This document shows positions 47,917-58,524 of a stretch of DNA of 64,000 nucleotides, piece by piece. The first letter of the stretch is position 1. Each line of letters opens with the position of its first letter. Under the pieces are notes generated by a model. The model made no database searches, had not been told where the DNA came from, and saw nothing but the letters and a program-made list of their open reading frames with translations. This DNA comes from Cyanophora paradoxa CCMP329 (taxonomy: Eukaryota > Plantae > Glaucophyta). The DNA lies in NCBI GenBank assembly GCA_004431415.1, contig QPMI01000401.1, positions 290,122 to 354,121 of the forward strand, written 5' to 3'. Made by a program: the position numbers and the translations under genes.

Positions 47917-48990
47917 ATGCCCGAATTACCAACAACTCATAAGGAGAAGAAATGGGAACTCATGGGATTGCTGGGAACACTTTATGCAGCCCATGAAATT
48001 ACAGAGGCTGAATATGACGGGAAATAGATTTAATTGCAAAGGGCAGACCCACTTTAAGCAGATTAACCAGAAAAGCAAATAACCTTTATGATAAAATTGA
48101 ACCTTGGATGAATGGATAGGCTTAGGCAATAGAACAGATGCAGAAGATGGAACAGCCATGAATGAATTATATCGCTGGCTCACTTACAGAGCCAGAGGGA
48201 AGTTGTTGTAGATGTGATTGATTCCTGGACAGAATTGCTACATCCTTCCTAATCGATTAAAGCAGGGTTTAGATCAATTCAGGGCAATCAAGGTTCGCTT
48301 GTCTTTTATCTGCAAGTTCGTAAAAGTGAGCATCCACAGGTTGGATATCGAAATACATTTACAGTGATTATTTTGTATTAACCAGGTCGAGAAATATTCG
48401 AACTGAGCTGAATAAAGCAGCCCAAATGTGTCAAGAGCAGATGATGTGGTTGATAGCTATCGCTTGGAAAGAATCGAAATACTCAGAGTGGCTATTATGA
48501 GTTATGCTCCAACTGGTGGATGCTTTCTACAAACCCCAGAGTGGATTGCTAGAAGAGAGCCACAGTGAATATTCGAAATATAGATGATTCCTGCTTCGAA
48601 AATGCAATTTTGGCTATATTCACAGAAAAAGCGATAAACTCCATAAGAGGAATGAGCTTTCACAATATCGCAAATGGAAATACTCAGCAATCGCTTATAA
48701 TCGCTGGCTCTGAATTTCGATAACATCCATTCCCTGTTGCTGTGATGCTGAGATTATTGATAAATTCGAGGCTCAAAATGCAGGCATTAGCATTAATATA
48801 TTTGGAATCGATGGAGAGGTTATTTATCCCTGCATCAATCCAGTAACCCAGGCAGAAGCATAAGGTAATCTCATGCTGATATTTGATGATGAAGGGAATG
48901 GTCATTATATTACAATCATGTCCCTTTCAAGATTATTGAAAGTAAATCATGAAACATACTCCATACCAGTCAGGGCAATTAAAATGGGAT
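47917..48990 (+). pseudogene. N-terminal region of Polinton/PLV-type protein-primed DNA polymerase B, truncated
   Basis: YRLERIEILRVAIMSYAPTGGCFLQTPEWI...VNIRN.DDSCF.NAIL; LNFDNI.FPV...IDKFEAQNAGISINIFG...IYP; NLMLIFDDEGNGHYITIMSLSRLL. These match the conserved N-terminal part of Polinton pPolB. The exonuclease and polymerase domains are absent. Confidence 0.8.
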
Positions 48991-49249
48991 ATCCCGGGGC
49001 CGCTCGCACGGAACTAGATGCAGCAAATGCACGCACAGGCCCGTACCACACCCACCTGATTTTAGTTCCTAGCCAGGACCCTCTTCTAAACGTTCGGCCC
49101 GGCCCCGCCCCGGCCCCCGCCCCCCGGCCCCTCCATTCCCGGCGGCGCCGGACCGCCCGCGCGCGCCGCATAACCTCAACGCGCGCCCGAGCTCACGCGC
49201 GTCGGCCGCCGGCCGCCCGCCCGCTCCATCACGATTCGATCCCGGCCCC

Positions 49250-51560
49250 CCGGCCCCCCTCCATCACGGCGGCTCGCCCTACGTTATCGCTAGTCTTCGA
49301 GCTCGAAGAGTCGCTATCTGAGGACGTAGAAGAGTCGCTGCTCGACCGGAATCGGCGTCTACTTTCAGGTTCTTTCCAGCGTGAAGACGATGCAGTACCT
49401 GCGCGAGGGGGGCGCGGAATCGGGCCGGGGCCGGCGCCGGCGGGGGACGCCCGCGAACCTCGCATCCGTGCCCTCGCTCGCCACCACCTCGTGCTCCAGC
49501 ATGTGCCCTGGCGGCCGCGGCGTCGACGGGGCGCCGTCGATCGGCAGGCATGGAGGGGGGGGATAGGATAGAGGGCGCGCACTCGAATAAAGACGACGTC
49601 GCCGTGCCTTAGGTCGAGCGAGATGCCGAGGGCCGGAAAGCGGAGCCGGTGCAGGGCCGGTCCCGCTTGCCTCGGGGTGAAAGTAGACGAGGGCGGCGTA
49701 GGCTCCTGCGCGTCGCTGCGGTCCCGGTGGCCTTGATATCCTAGAGGGCCGTCGGCATCAACGAGGCGGGAAAGGGAGCGAGGGGTAAACGGCAGCTCAC
49801 GTTTCCGGCGGGTTCATCCAGTGCATCGTCCAGGTTCCTGCGCGCCCGCGACCCGCGCGTCGGGCACGAGCGGGCCGGGGCCGGCGCACACGCGCTCGCG
49901 ACCGTAGCTGTACGGGTGCCGTTCGAGCCTTCAGGCGATCTCCGCCATGTCGCAACCGGCCTTGACGTCGATGGCGCAGAGGCGGGAACAGGTACTCGAG
50001 CACGCCGACGAGGTGGCCGTTGAGGAGGTGCAGCCGCCGGTTCGCGTTCGTGTCCGCGCCGTACTGCGGGTTCGGAGATCTGGGAAAGGGCGGGTCGGCT
50101 CGCCCCGCGTCCCGCGCGCGTTCGGCGGGGGGTGGGGCGGGGGCCGCGGACCGGATCGGGACGGTCGCGCCCTGGCCCCGCTGACGCCGGTGACGATCCT
50201 CGGGCCGCGCTCGTGCTCCTTCTTCTTCTTCTTCTTGCCCGGCGCGGCCGCGCGGTCGCGGCGGCCCGAGGCCTCCTCTTCGGCCGCTTGGCGAGAATCT
50301 CCCGCATCACGTCGAGCCGCCCCGTCCGCAGCGCCGCCTCGGCCGCCTCGCGCGCCTCGTCCAGCAGCTTCTGGTCCTGCGCGGCGGGCCCCGTCAGAGC
50401 CCGGGGCGCGCGCGGGGGGCGGGGCGGGGCGGGCCGGGCCGCACCCGGGCTTCGTTGTACATGATGCTGCGGCGGATGGAAAACGTAAAGGCCGTGGAGG
50501 CGCAGGCGACGGCGGCGGCGACCCGCTCGATCCCGGCGCCCTCGCGGAAGAGGCCGGGGAGGTGGACGGCGGCGAGGGCGCCGCCCAGGAGATGCACGTC
50601 TGCGCCCCGCGGTCCAAGACGTAGTCGTGCGCGCCTCGTCCTCCTTGGAGCAGCCCGGCGGGAGCGGCGCACGTAGGCGGCAAACTTGCCCTGCGGGCGC
50701 GTGAGGCGCGGGCGGGGCGCGGGGGGAGGGGGCGCGTACCTCGGCCCGCTGCTGCCGGATGAAGCGCGAGTCGACGCCGCCCCGAGGAGATTGCAGGCAG
50801 CGCGACGCGCCGCTCGGGAGATACGGCCCACGACGCCAGCGCCGAGGCGTGCGGCGGGCCGTGCGGACGCCCGAGAAAGGCCCCTCGATCGCGCGCAGGG
50901 CGAGCAGGTCGACGGGCGGTGGCTCAGCCCAGCTCCGAGCCAAAGTGCTCCTCCATCCGTTCCGGCGGCCCCGTCATGCCCTCGGGACGACGCCGAAAGG
51001 GAGCTGCGGGGGCGGCCGTCGGGGCGCGCGGCGGGAGCCCCCGCGACCCGGGACGCACGTACAGGACCTGGTCCGCCACCGGACGGGCCGAAGGATCGAT
51101 AGCCGTATCGTCTCGTCGCGACCAGCTCGGCGCGTTTGTAGGGCCTGCGGGGATCCCGTTGGGAGGGCGGAGGGGAAAGTGCGGGGAGCAGACTCTTCGA
51201 GTACACGGGCCCGCCGGGCGCGGGCGTCTTTGACGCGCGGCGCCGCCGAGCGCCAGGCCGGACGCCTGGAGCTCCCTCTTCGGTTCATCCAGACGAGGCC
51301 GCCGCCGCCGCCGCCGCGCTCCGCCGGGGCCGACCCTCCCCCGCACCCGGGCGAGCGAGATGTTCATCATGCGTCCGCGCTGCGCGGCGCGCGCCTTTCT
51401 CGACGCGCGGACGCCGCCGACGCCATCCAGATGGGAACGGGCGCCTCGGGCGCGGCCGCGGCCGCTGACATCGCCGAGGTCGCTGCGATCACCTTCTCGA
51501 TCGCGCGCTCTCTTCAGCGAGCCTCCCGCATGCCCCGAGGCGACGCCTGCAACGGGCGGC
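49250..51560 (-). pseudogene. Hypothetical multi-exon gene with frameshifts and in-frame TGA codons
   Basis: Coding-like pieces RAIEKVIAATS, DVHLLGGALAAVHLPGLFREGAGIERVAAAVACASTAFTFSIRRSIMYNE, DQKLLDEAREAAEAALRTGRLDVMREILAK and RRLHLLNGHLVGVLEYLFP lie in shifting frames. Confidence 0.4.
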
Positions 51561-51988
51561 CGCCGCGGCGACCGTTAGCCGCAGACGACGTCCGAAAGGG
51601 TCGAAATGCTTACCGGAGACTTTGGACACGCCCGGCGGTGTCGGAATCGATCGGAAAGTGCAAGTTCCCGAAGCGGCGGACCACGCCGCCGATAGAGGTA
51701 CCCGAGAACCGAGCTTGTTGCGGATTGCTGGCCAAGCAACTACCGCAGCTGCGTGTAAGCTATCGTCTCGACACGGTTTACGGGAATCCGAGTGGCCGGA
51801 TCGGCGTTTACGGGACCAAACGTACCCCCCCCGTTTACGCCGTCCCATTTTTTTTTTCAGTCGCTCGTTCCCCCGCCCACGCGCACCCGCCCCTAACCGC
51901 AAGCTCCCCGCGTCCTCTTTCAACGCATAAATCGGAGCGCGCAGGCCCTTGCTATCGAGGCGCGCGCAGGCCGCGGCGCAGCGGCGCC

Positions 51989-54900
51989 ATGTCGCTCGCG
52001 TTTGCGCGCGACTCGTGGGAGGTGGTCTCGTTCGACGCCTACGCCGGGCCGAGCGCCTCCACGTGTTCCGCACCGACGCCGGGCCCGCGGCCGCCCTGCC
52101 CAGGTTCAGCGCATATTCGGCAACGGACCGCCGAGGCGGCGGAAGAGGCGGCGAGGCAGCTCACCGGACCGCACGGCTCGCGTCGAGGCCGATCGCCGGC
52201 CCGCAGACGAGAGCCTCATCCTCCTCTGGGAGATGCTCGCGATCGTGCCGCGGGGCCAGCTGCACCCGACCGAGAGCCCGCCGCGCGTCCTCTCCCTCCA
52301 GCACGTCGAGGAGCTGGCGTCGATCTGCTGGGAGGGGTCGGACAGCCCGCGGCTGCGGCACTGCTACCGGGACCTCACCTCGGCGATCGAGCGGCGGACG
52401 CAGGAGACGTTCGAGCGGTGCGACGTCAAGGTGCTCCACGTAGACGGGGCGAGGTTCTTCGCTCTGAAGGTCCGCCGGCTCGAAGTTCCGGAGGTCTCGC
52501 CCTGGTACATCCCGCTCGCCAGCATCGCCCAGTGCATCTACGGCGGCCCAAAGGACACGGCCAGCGTGCGGCGTGAGATCGCGAGGAGCCACCCGAGCCT
52601 CGGAGAGAACAGCCCGCACCGCTGGCTCGCGACGACGAAGACGCTCGGGCGCCCCCACTTTGCCACCCTGGCGAGAACGCTGGTCAGCTTCCTCGCGCTC
52701 TCCGGCGAGGCGGGGCAGGAGAACCTGGGGTCGGCTCGCAAGTGGTCCTTCCTGAGCCTCGAGGGGGCGGAGCAGCTCCTGGCCAAGCTTCCGGGCCGGG
52801 ATCCCGCGTTCGGCCTCGCGTTCAAGAGGGCCTCGCTCGCCATCCGAGCCACGATCCTGCGGAGATCGATTTGATGGTGCCCGAGCCCGCCGGCGCGGCG
52901 CCTGGCGATCTTCTCCAAGAGGGAGTGCTAACGGTACCCCCCTCCCCGCCCCCCCCCCCCCCCCCCCTCCGGCGCCGCACTCACCCCGGGCGCGCGTAGG
53001 ATACGATGCTCGCAAACGTGATGACCCTCCTGCTGCACCGCATGAAGCCCAACGCGAGCGCCAAGGCCCTGTACCCCGCCAGCCTCGACACCATCGTCTC
53101 GATCCTGCGGCGATACGCCAAGATGAGCGACGAGAGCGCCGAAAGCGGCGCTATGGCACGCGGCAAACGGCGGGCTCGTTCTGTGCTTTGGCTGCACCGG
53201 CGGGGCAGGGCGGCGCGCAGAGGACGTGGACGACGCGCGGCACTGGGTCACGCTCGCCCTCGACGGCGCGAGCCGGTATACGCGCCCGCCCCATCCCCCG
53301 CCCCTCCCACGACCGCGCGCACCGCGTCCCGCAGGCGGTGCAGGTACTTTGACTCGCTCGGCGCGCCGCCGGATCCGAGGTTGAGGCGGGCGGCGAGCAA
53401 GGCCTTGCCGTCGTTTACGTGGGTCACGGAGCTTCCCGATCGCCTGCAAACGGACGGTCACTCCTGCGGTAAGGCCGGCGCCCTCGCCCGCGCGCGCGCA
53501 CGCGCCGCGAACGCGCGCACCAGGGATATGGCGCTGTGGTTCGCCGAGAGCCTCGCGCTGGAGGCGGCGACGCAGTACTCGTGGGAAGAGTACCTGAACG
53601 ACGGCTCCATCGGATTCCTAAAGTCTGGTGAGGCGTTTACGAGCGAGCTCGGCGCTAAAAACACGCGCTTCATCGCACGGAGGTGCCTCTATTCGGCCCT
53701 CCCCGCCCCCGCCCCGCCCCCACCACGCCGAACCCCGCCCCCCGCAGGCGAGAGGCGTACCGGTCCTTGCTGGAGAGCGCCATCGTCGACACCAGCGATC
53801 TCCGCCTGTTCGAGATCGACGAGGACGTCGACAGCTGGGCCGTCGCGCTCCCCGCATCGAGCCGCGCGCCGCCGGGGCGGGCGCCATCGAGGCCGCGGCC
53901 CGGCGGCGCCGGGGGACCCTCGTCCTCGTCCGCGAGCTCGTCGTCGTCCGAGAGCGAGGCCGAGGGCGACGAGGGCGGCAGCGACGGCGACGCGCGCCCG
54001 CTCACGCCCATCGACCGCGCCGCCTCGCCGCCGTCGGCTCGCCGCCGGCGCCCGTCGCGCTCGCCGTCGCCCGGACCGGCTCGCCCCGGCCGGCGAGGCG
54101 CGGCAGCCGTACGCCTGCACGAGGGCGCGTTTAGTCGGGCCCTGAAACTGCAGCTCGCGGCCTATCGGGAGTGGAGACAGGCACCGTTGAACGCCTCGCG
54201 CAAGGGCAACGCCGTCGAAAACTCGAGCCTGGCGAACGACCTGGGCATCATTCAGCGGCTGCTGGGCTACGTCCGCATGCGCGAGGGGCTGGAGGGCGAG
54301 CTCACCCTCGATCTGATGAGCCGGGTCGACGCGGTCGAAATCGTGCTTCGTTTCTTCAAGTGAGGCGGGGCGGCGGGCGCGGTGGAGGGGGGGGGGTGCG
54401 GGGGGCGTTTACCAAACGCCGCGGCAGGTTCCTGCGCGAGGAGCGGGGCACGCTGCCCGGGACGCTCGTGAGCTACGCCTCCACCCTCATCAACCTCGCC
54501 GCCTTTGTCGCGGGACGGGGCGGCGCGCCGGCGGGGAGCGAGGGCCCGCACGGTCAGGCCCTGCGCAACCTGCGGGTGAGCTTCCCTCCCGCCCCGCGCC
54601 GCCGCCCCCCGGGGGCGCGCCGACGCGCCGCGCGCACCCTCAGAACCAGCTCGTCGCCGAGTCCAAGGCGGAACGGAAGTGGAGAACGAGAAAACGTGGG
54701 TCCGCTTCGAGGACGTCGTTCGCGGGCGCGTCGAGGCCTACGCCGCGTTTCGCTCCGAGGAGCGGCCGCGGCAAAAGGCGAAGTACCTGAGGAATCTCTC
54801 TTGCTTGGGTTCCTTCGATCAGCCCGCGCGGCCGGGCCTCCTCCAGCACCTGAAGATCGGCGAGACGCTGCGCAAGGACAACGGTCGGTGGAACATGTCG

Positions 54901-56546
54901 ATCCTGAGCATGCGGATCCAGGACGGCTCCGAGGAGGGCGCGCTCACCCACAAGACGGCGGTGCGGGGGCCTCCCGCCGCGCCGCGCCGGGACGCGCGCC
55001 GCCGACGCCCCCATCCGCAGAAGCGGCACGGCGCCGTGATCGTCCCGGTCGCCCAGCAGCTCCAGGTGCGCGCCCCGCCCCGCCCCGCGCGCGCTCCGTC
55101 GACCGCTGCCGCGCGGCGCGTCAGGAGCCGCTAACAGAGTACGTGGAGAGCTTCCGGCGTCACCTGTTGAGCGAGGGCGCCAAGGACCAGGGGTACATCT
55201 TCTTCACCTCCGGCGGCGATGCGTTTCGCCGCGGGTCCTGGACCCTGTTCGCGAAACAGGTGAGGCGAGGCGCGCCGCCGGCGCGGGGCGGGGCTCACCC
55301 GGCGCAGGCCATGAGCCGCTGGACGGGCGTCGCCGTGCCGCCGCGGACGATGCGCGCCGTCGTGACGACCTGGGTGCGCGATCAGGCGGCCCAGGGGCGG
55401 ATCGAGGGCGACGTCTGCACCAGCATCATCGAGGGGACGGCGCGCCTCCTCCAGCACACCCCGCGGACGGCGACGATGCACTACGATTGCAATAAGACGC
55501 AGCGCGAGGTGCGCCGCCCCCGCCCCGCACCCCCGGCCCCGCGCGCTCACCGGGCAAGAGGCGTGCGTGGCGCTGGCCTGGCTCGAGCGCGCCGCCGGCG
55601 AACTCGAGAAGCCGACGGTTGCCGCGCTCGAGGGGCCGGAGGGGCGGTCTTCGTCGGACGGGGACGGGGAGGAGGGGGAAGGCGAGCCCGGCGCCGCCGC
55701 CGGCGCCGCCGCCGCCGCCGCCTCGGACGACGGGGAGGAGGGCGGGAGCTCGGAGAGCGAGGACGGCGGGAGCTCGGAGGAGCTGAAGGAGGGCCTGCGC
55801 GTCGAGCGCGAGCTCGCCCGCGCCGAGGGGCGCTGGTGTCCCGAGTGCCGACGCATCTTCGGGACCCCCAGAGGCATCTCCCGCCATCGTTGCTCGCCGC
55901 GCACGCCCAAGGCGCGCGGTCGGAGCGACGACGACGACGAGGAGGATGAGGAGGAAGAGGAGGAGGATCCGACGCCCAAGCCCCGCGCCGCGAGCGCGGC
56001 CGCGCGGGCGGGACGTGGCGGTCCGGGACCCGCCGGCGGAAGACGAGGGCGAGGGGTTGGACGAGGCTCCGAAGCGGGTCGCCCCGCGCGGCCGCGGCCG
56101 CCGGCGCCCGCGCGAGCGGGAGAGATGGCGCCTCCGCCGGCCCCTGGCCATACGCCTGATCACGCCGAGCCCCATGCCTGCGCGGAGCGTCGTGGCGGCG
56201 ATGGTGACTCGGCGGGGCGACCTCTTACCACGACGGTCTTTGCGAGGCTCACGGCGACGGTGGGGCTCGCCTCGGGCCAGCAGGAGAACCGCCTCGTCGT
56301 TCTGCGCAGGTTCGGCACGCTCTGGACGCCTCGAACGAGGGCGGGCCGGACGATTACACCTACCCGCGCGCGGCGGTGCCCGTCGAGTACCGCGCGACGA
56401 ACGGGGCGATCGACGTGACGACGTCTGCCGAGGAGGTCATGCAGCGGCTCGGCGCGGCCGCCCGCGAGGCCCCGCCGGCGGCGCCACCCGCCGGGAGGCG
56501 CGGGAGCGCACCGGCCGCCGCCGCGGCCGCCCGCCCAAGAACCTGA
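51989..56546 (+). CDS. Spliced multidomain gene: Bro-N-like domain, Ulp1/adenain-type cysteine protease, tyrosine recombinase, Zn-finger (a few frameshifts)
   Basis: Protease: RHWVTLALDG|RYFDSLGAPP...LQTDGHSCG (H-D-Q-C). YR: PARPGLLQHL (Arg), THKTA|KRHG (Lys), YIFF, PRTMRAVVTTW (HxxR-like), LLQHTPRTATMHYD (His...Tyr). Bro-N-like: VKVLHVDG...PWYIPLASIAQCIY...FLSLEGAEQLL. Zn finger: WCPECRRIFGTPRGISRHRC. Confidence 0.8.
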
Positions 56547-58524
56547 GGCGAGGGGCGTGAGGAGGGACGGGCGCGGGACGCATAAGAAGAGGCTCGAACC
56601 GGTCCGCGCCGCGCCGACGACGACGGCGCTGGTGGGGCAGATGGAGGCCGACGGACGCCCGCGCCCGCCCACCCGCGCCCCCGGCCGCCGGTGCCCATCG
56701 ACGCGCCCCCGCCCGTGGCGATCCGCCCGTCGTTTGTCGTGCTCTCCCCCGCCGGCCGCCGCCGAAGCGCGGGAAGCGGGCCGCGGCGGCAGACCTGCGC
56801 GTGCAGGAAACCGGCCCCTTTCAGTCGCGTCGAATGCGAAAGAGTAAGCGTTCGCACCTTCCAGCGGGCAGAGGGGCGGCGGGCGGGGCGGGCCCGGGCG
56901 AGGGCTCCTTGCAGCGCCTGGACGAGGGAGCGGCGGGCGGTTCGGCGGCGCGGCGGGCGGCCTTTGCTGTCCGGCGCGACGGCGGGCGATCTGCGCACGC
57001 GCGGCCGGGCCGGGTGCGAGCGCGGGCCGCGAGTCAGGAAGGCGTCGAGCGAGCGCCCACGGGAGCGGCGCCTCGCACCCGTGCCGCGTCCGCCGTCTAG
57101 ACGATGTCAATCGTACGCTGGCGTCCCGCCCCGTCGGCTCGTCGTGAACCGCCGCGAGGCTGCGTGCACGTGGGGCCAATTACAAGCGCGAGGGCGGCGG
57201 GAATCCGGTGTCCCGAGCAGGTCCGCACCGATCCAAGCGACCGTGGATCGCACGGTCGATTGCGGCAGCGAATCGAACGGGATGGTGTGGCGGCGCAAAC
57301 CTGCGATCGCAGGCGGCTAGCTAGCGGCGAAGGTGCGGTGGATCGCGTGCGAGAGCATGCGACGGCCGAATCGGTAGCGCGCCGCCGCGGCGGTCCTGCC
57401 GGTGAGAAATGGAATACGTGGTACCCCCGGTGCGCCAAACGTCGGCAAACGAGCCTTTCAAGTCGCACGCTCGCCGCTAGCAGCGTTCAGGCATTGTCAG
57501 AGGGATTTGAGGGTGCGTAGAGTCCCTCCCATCGCCTCGGGCCGCAATCCGAGCCGGCGGATCGCAGGCGAGCCGCTCCCGACCTCGCCGACCGCGCTCC
57601 GAGGACATGGAGGCCTCTCAATCCTCTAGCTGGCGACGAAGCGACGAATCCGGCGAGCCCGGCCCCGCGCCTCCTCGCATCGCGCCCGTCGCCGCCCGGC
57701 CGTCCCTGCACGCTTCCTGCGGCTTCTTTCGTGCCTCCACGGTGCTGATCGCCCCGCCGCTCGCCCGACGCGCGCGGCGAGCGGCCGCTCGCGGTGCGGT
57801 GCGGCCTGTAGCTAGCCCCTCCCTCGGCCCCGCGCCTCTTCGGAGCGAGAAAGATTCTTTCCTCGGACGATCAGGAGTGCGGAGGACGCGCGGCGGCCCG
57901 CGGTCCACCTTTGGTTCGCGTCTCCCTCGGCTGCGCGAGCCGCGGCGGTCGCCCTGACGATCCCGTTGCGCTCCAGGCATCCTAGAACCCCCTGCGCATC
58001 CCCTCGTCGACCGCGGTCCACCCCGCCGCGCCTTTGCAGACGGTGCGCGGGGCCCCGCCGTTCCTCACACGCCCGCCCACCAACTCGTCTCCGGCAGGCT
58101 TGCGCGGCGCGCACGCGAGCTAGAGCCTATTCCGGATGCGTAGAGCCGGGAAGACGCAGCCCGCCCGCGTCGCGGCCCTCCCGGCGCGGCCGTTCATCCG
58201 TGCCGCCGCGATCAAGTCGCGCGAGTCTCTCCGCCCCGCCTGCCCCGCAACGACCCACGCTCCGCGCAGCCCGCCCTCGGGGCGACGATCGGTATGAAGG
58301 CGGCCGTCGCGGCGCGCGCCCCGGCGAGACAGGCGCCGTGGGATCTAGAGGACGGCCCGGGCAGTCCATCCATCCCCTCCATCTAGCGAGCGTGGTGTGA
58401 TCATGCAATGGATCGCGCCGCGGCAAGCGGGCGGCGGCTTTCGACGGGGTTTCCGAGCGGGCGGCACGGGCTGAATCTCAGGATCCTAAAATCGAAGCCT
58501 AGAGGCGTGCAAGCGCGGCGCCGC

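Larger units (their letters stand above)
27366..48990. mobile_element. Endogenous Polinton-like virus (PLV / virophage-like), right end truncated
   Basis: Abrupt switch to AT-rich, intronless, gene-dense DNA carrying MCP, two penton-like genes, A32 ATPase, primase-helicase, pPolB N-terminus, GIY-YIG and fibre genes. It ends mid-polymerase where GC-rich sequence resumes. Confidence 0.92.

Noticed and set aside
35500-48990. Alternative genetic code or programmed frameshifting explaining the broken viral genes
   Set aside because: Breaks are scattered indels that shift frame, not consistent stop-codon reassignments or slippery sites.
27366-48990. Bacterial prophage or contaminant contig
   Set aside because: The A32 ATPase, penton and MCP motifs and the Polinton-type pPolB N-terminus indicate a eukaryotic PLV, and no Shine-Dalgarno pattern is evident. 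A chimeric assembly still cannot be excluded without reads.
48873-49571. 232-aa ORF as a genuine fusion protein
   Set aside because: It is the pPolB frame reading through the junction into GC-rich low-complexity sequence. There is no evidence of function.
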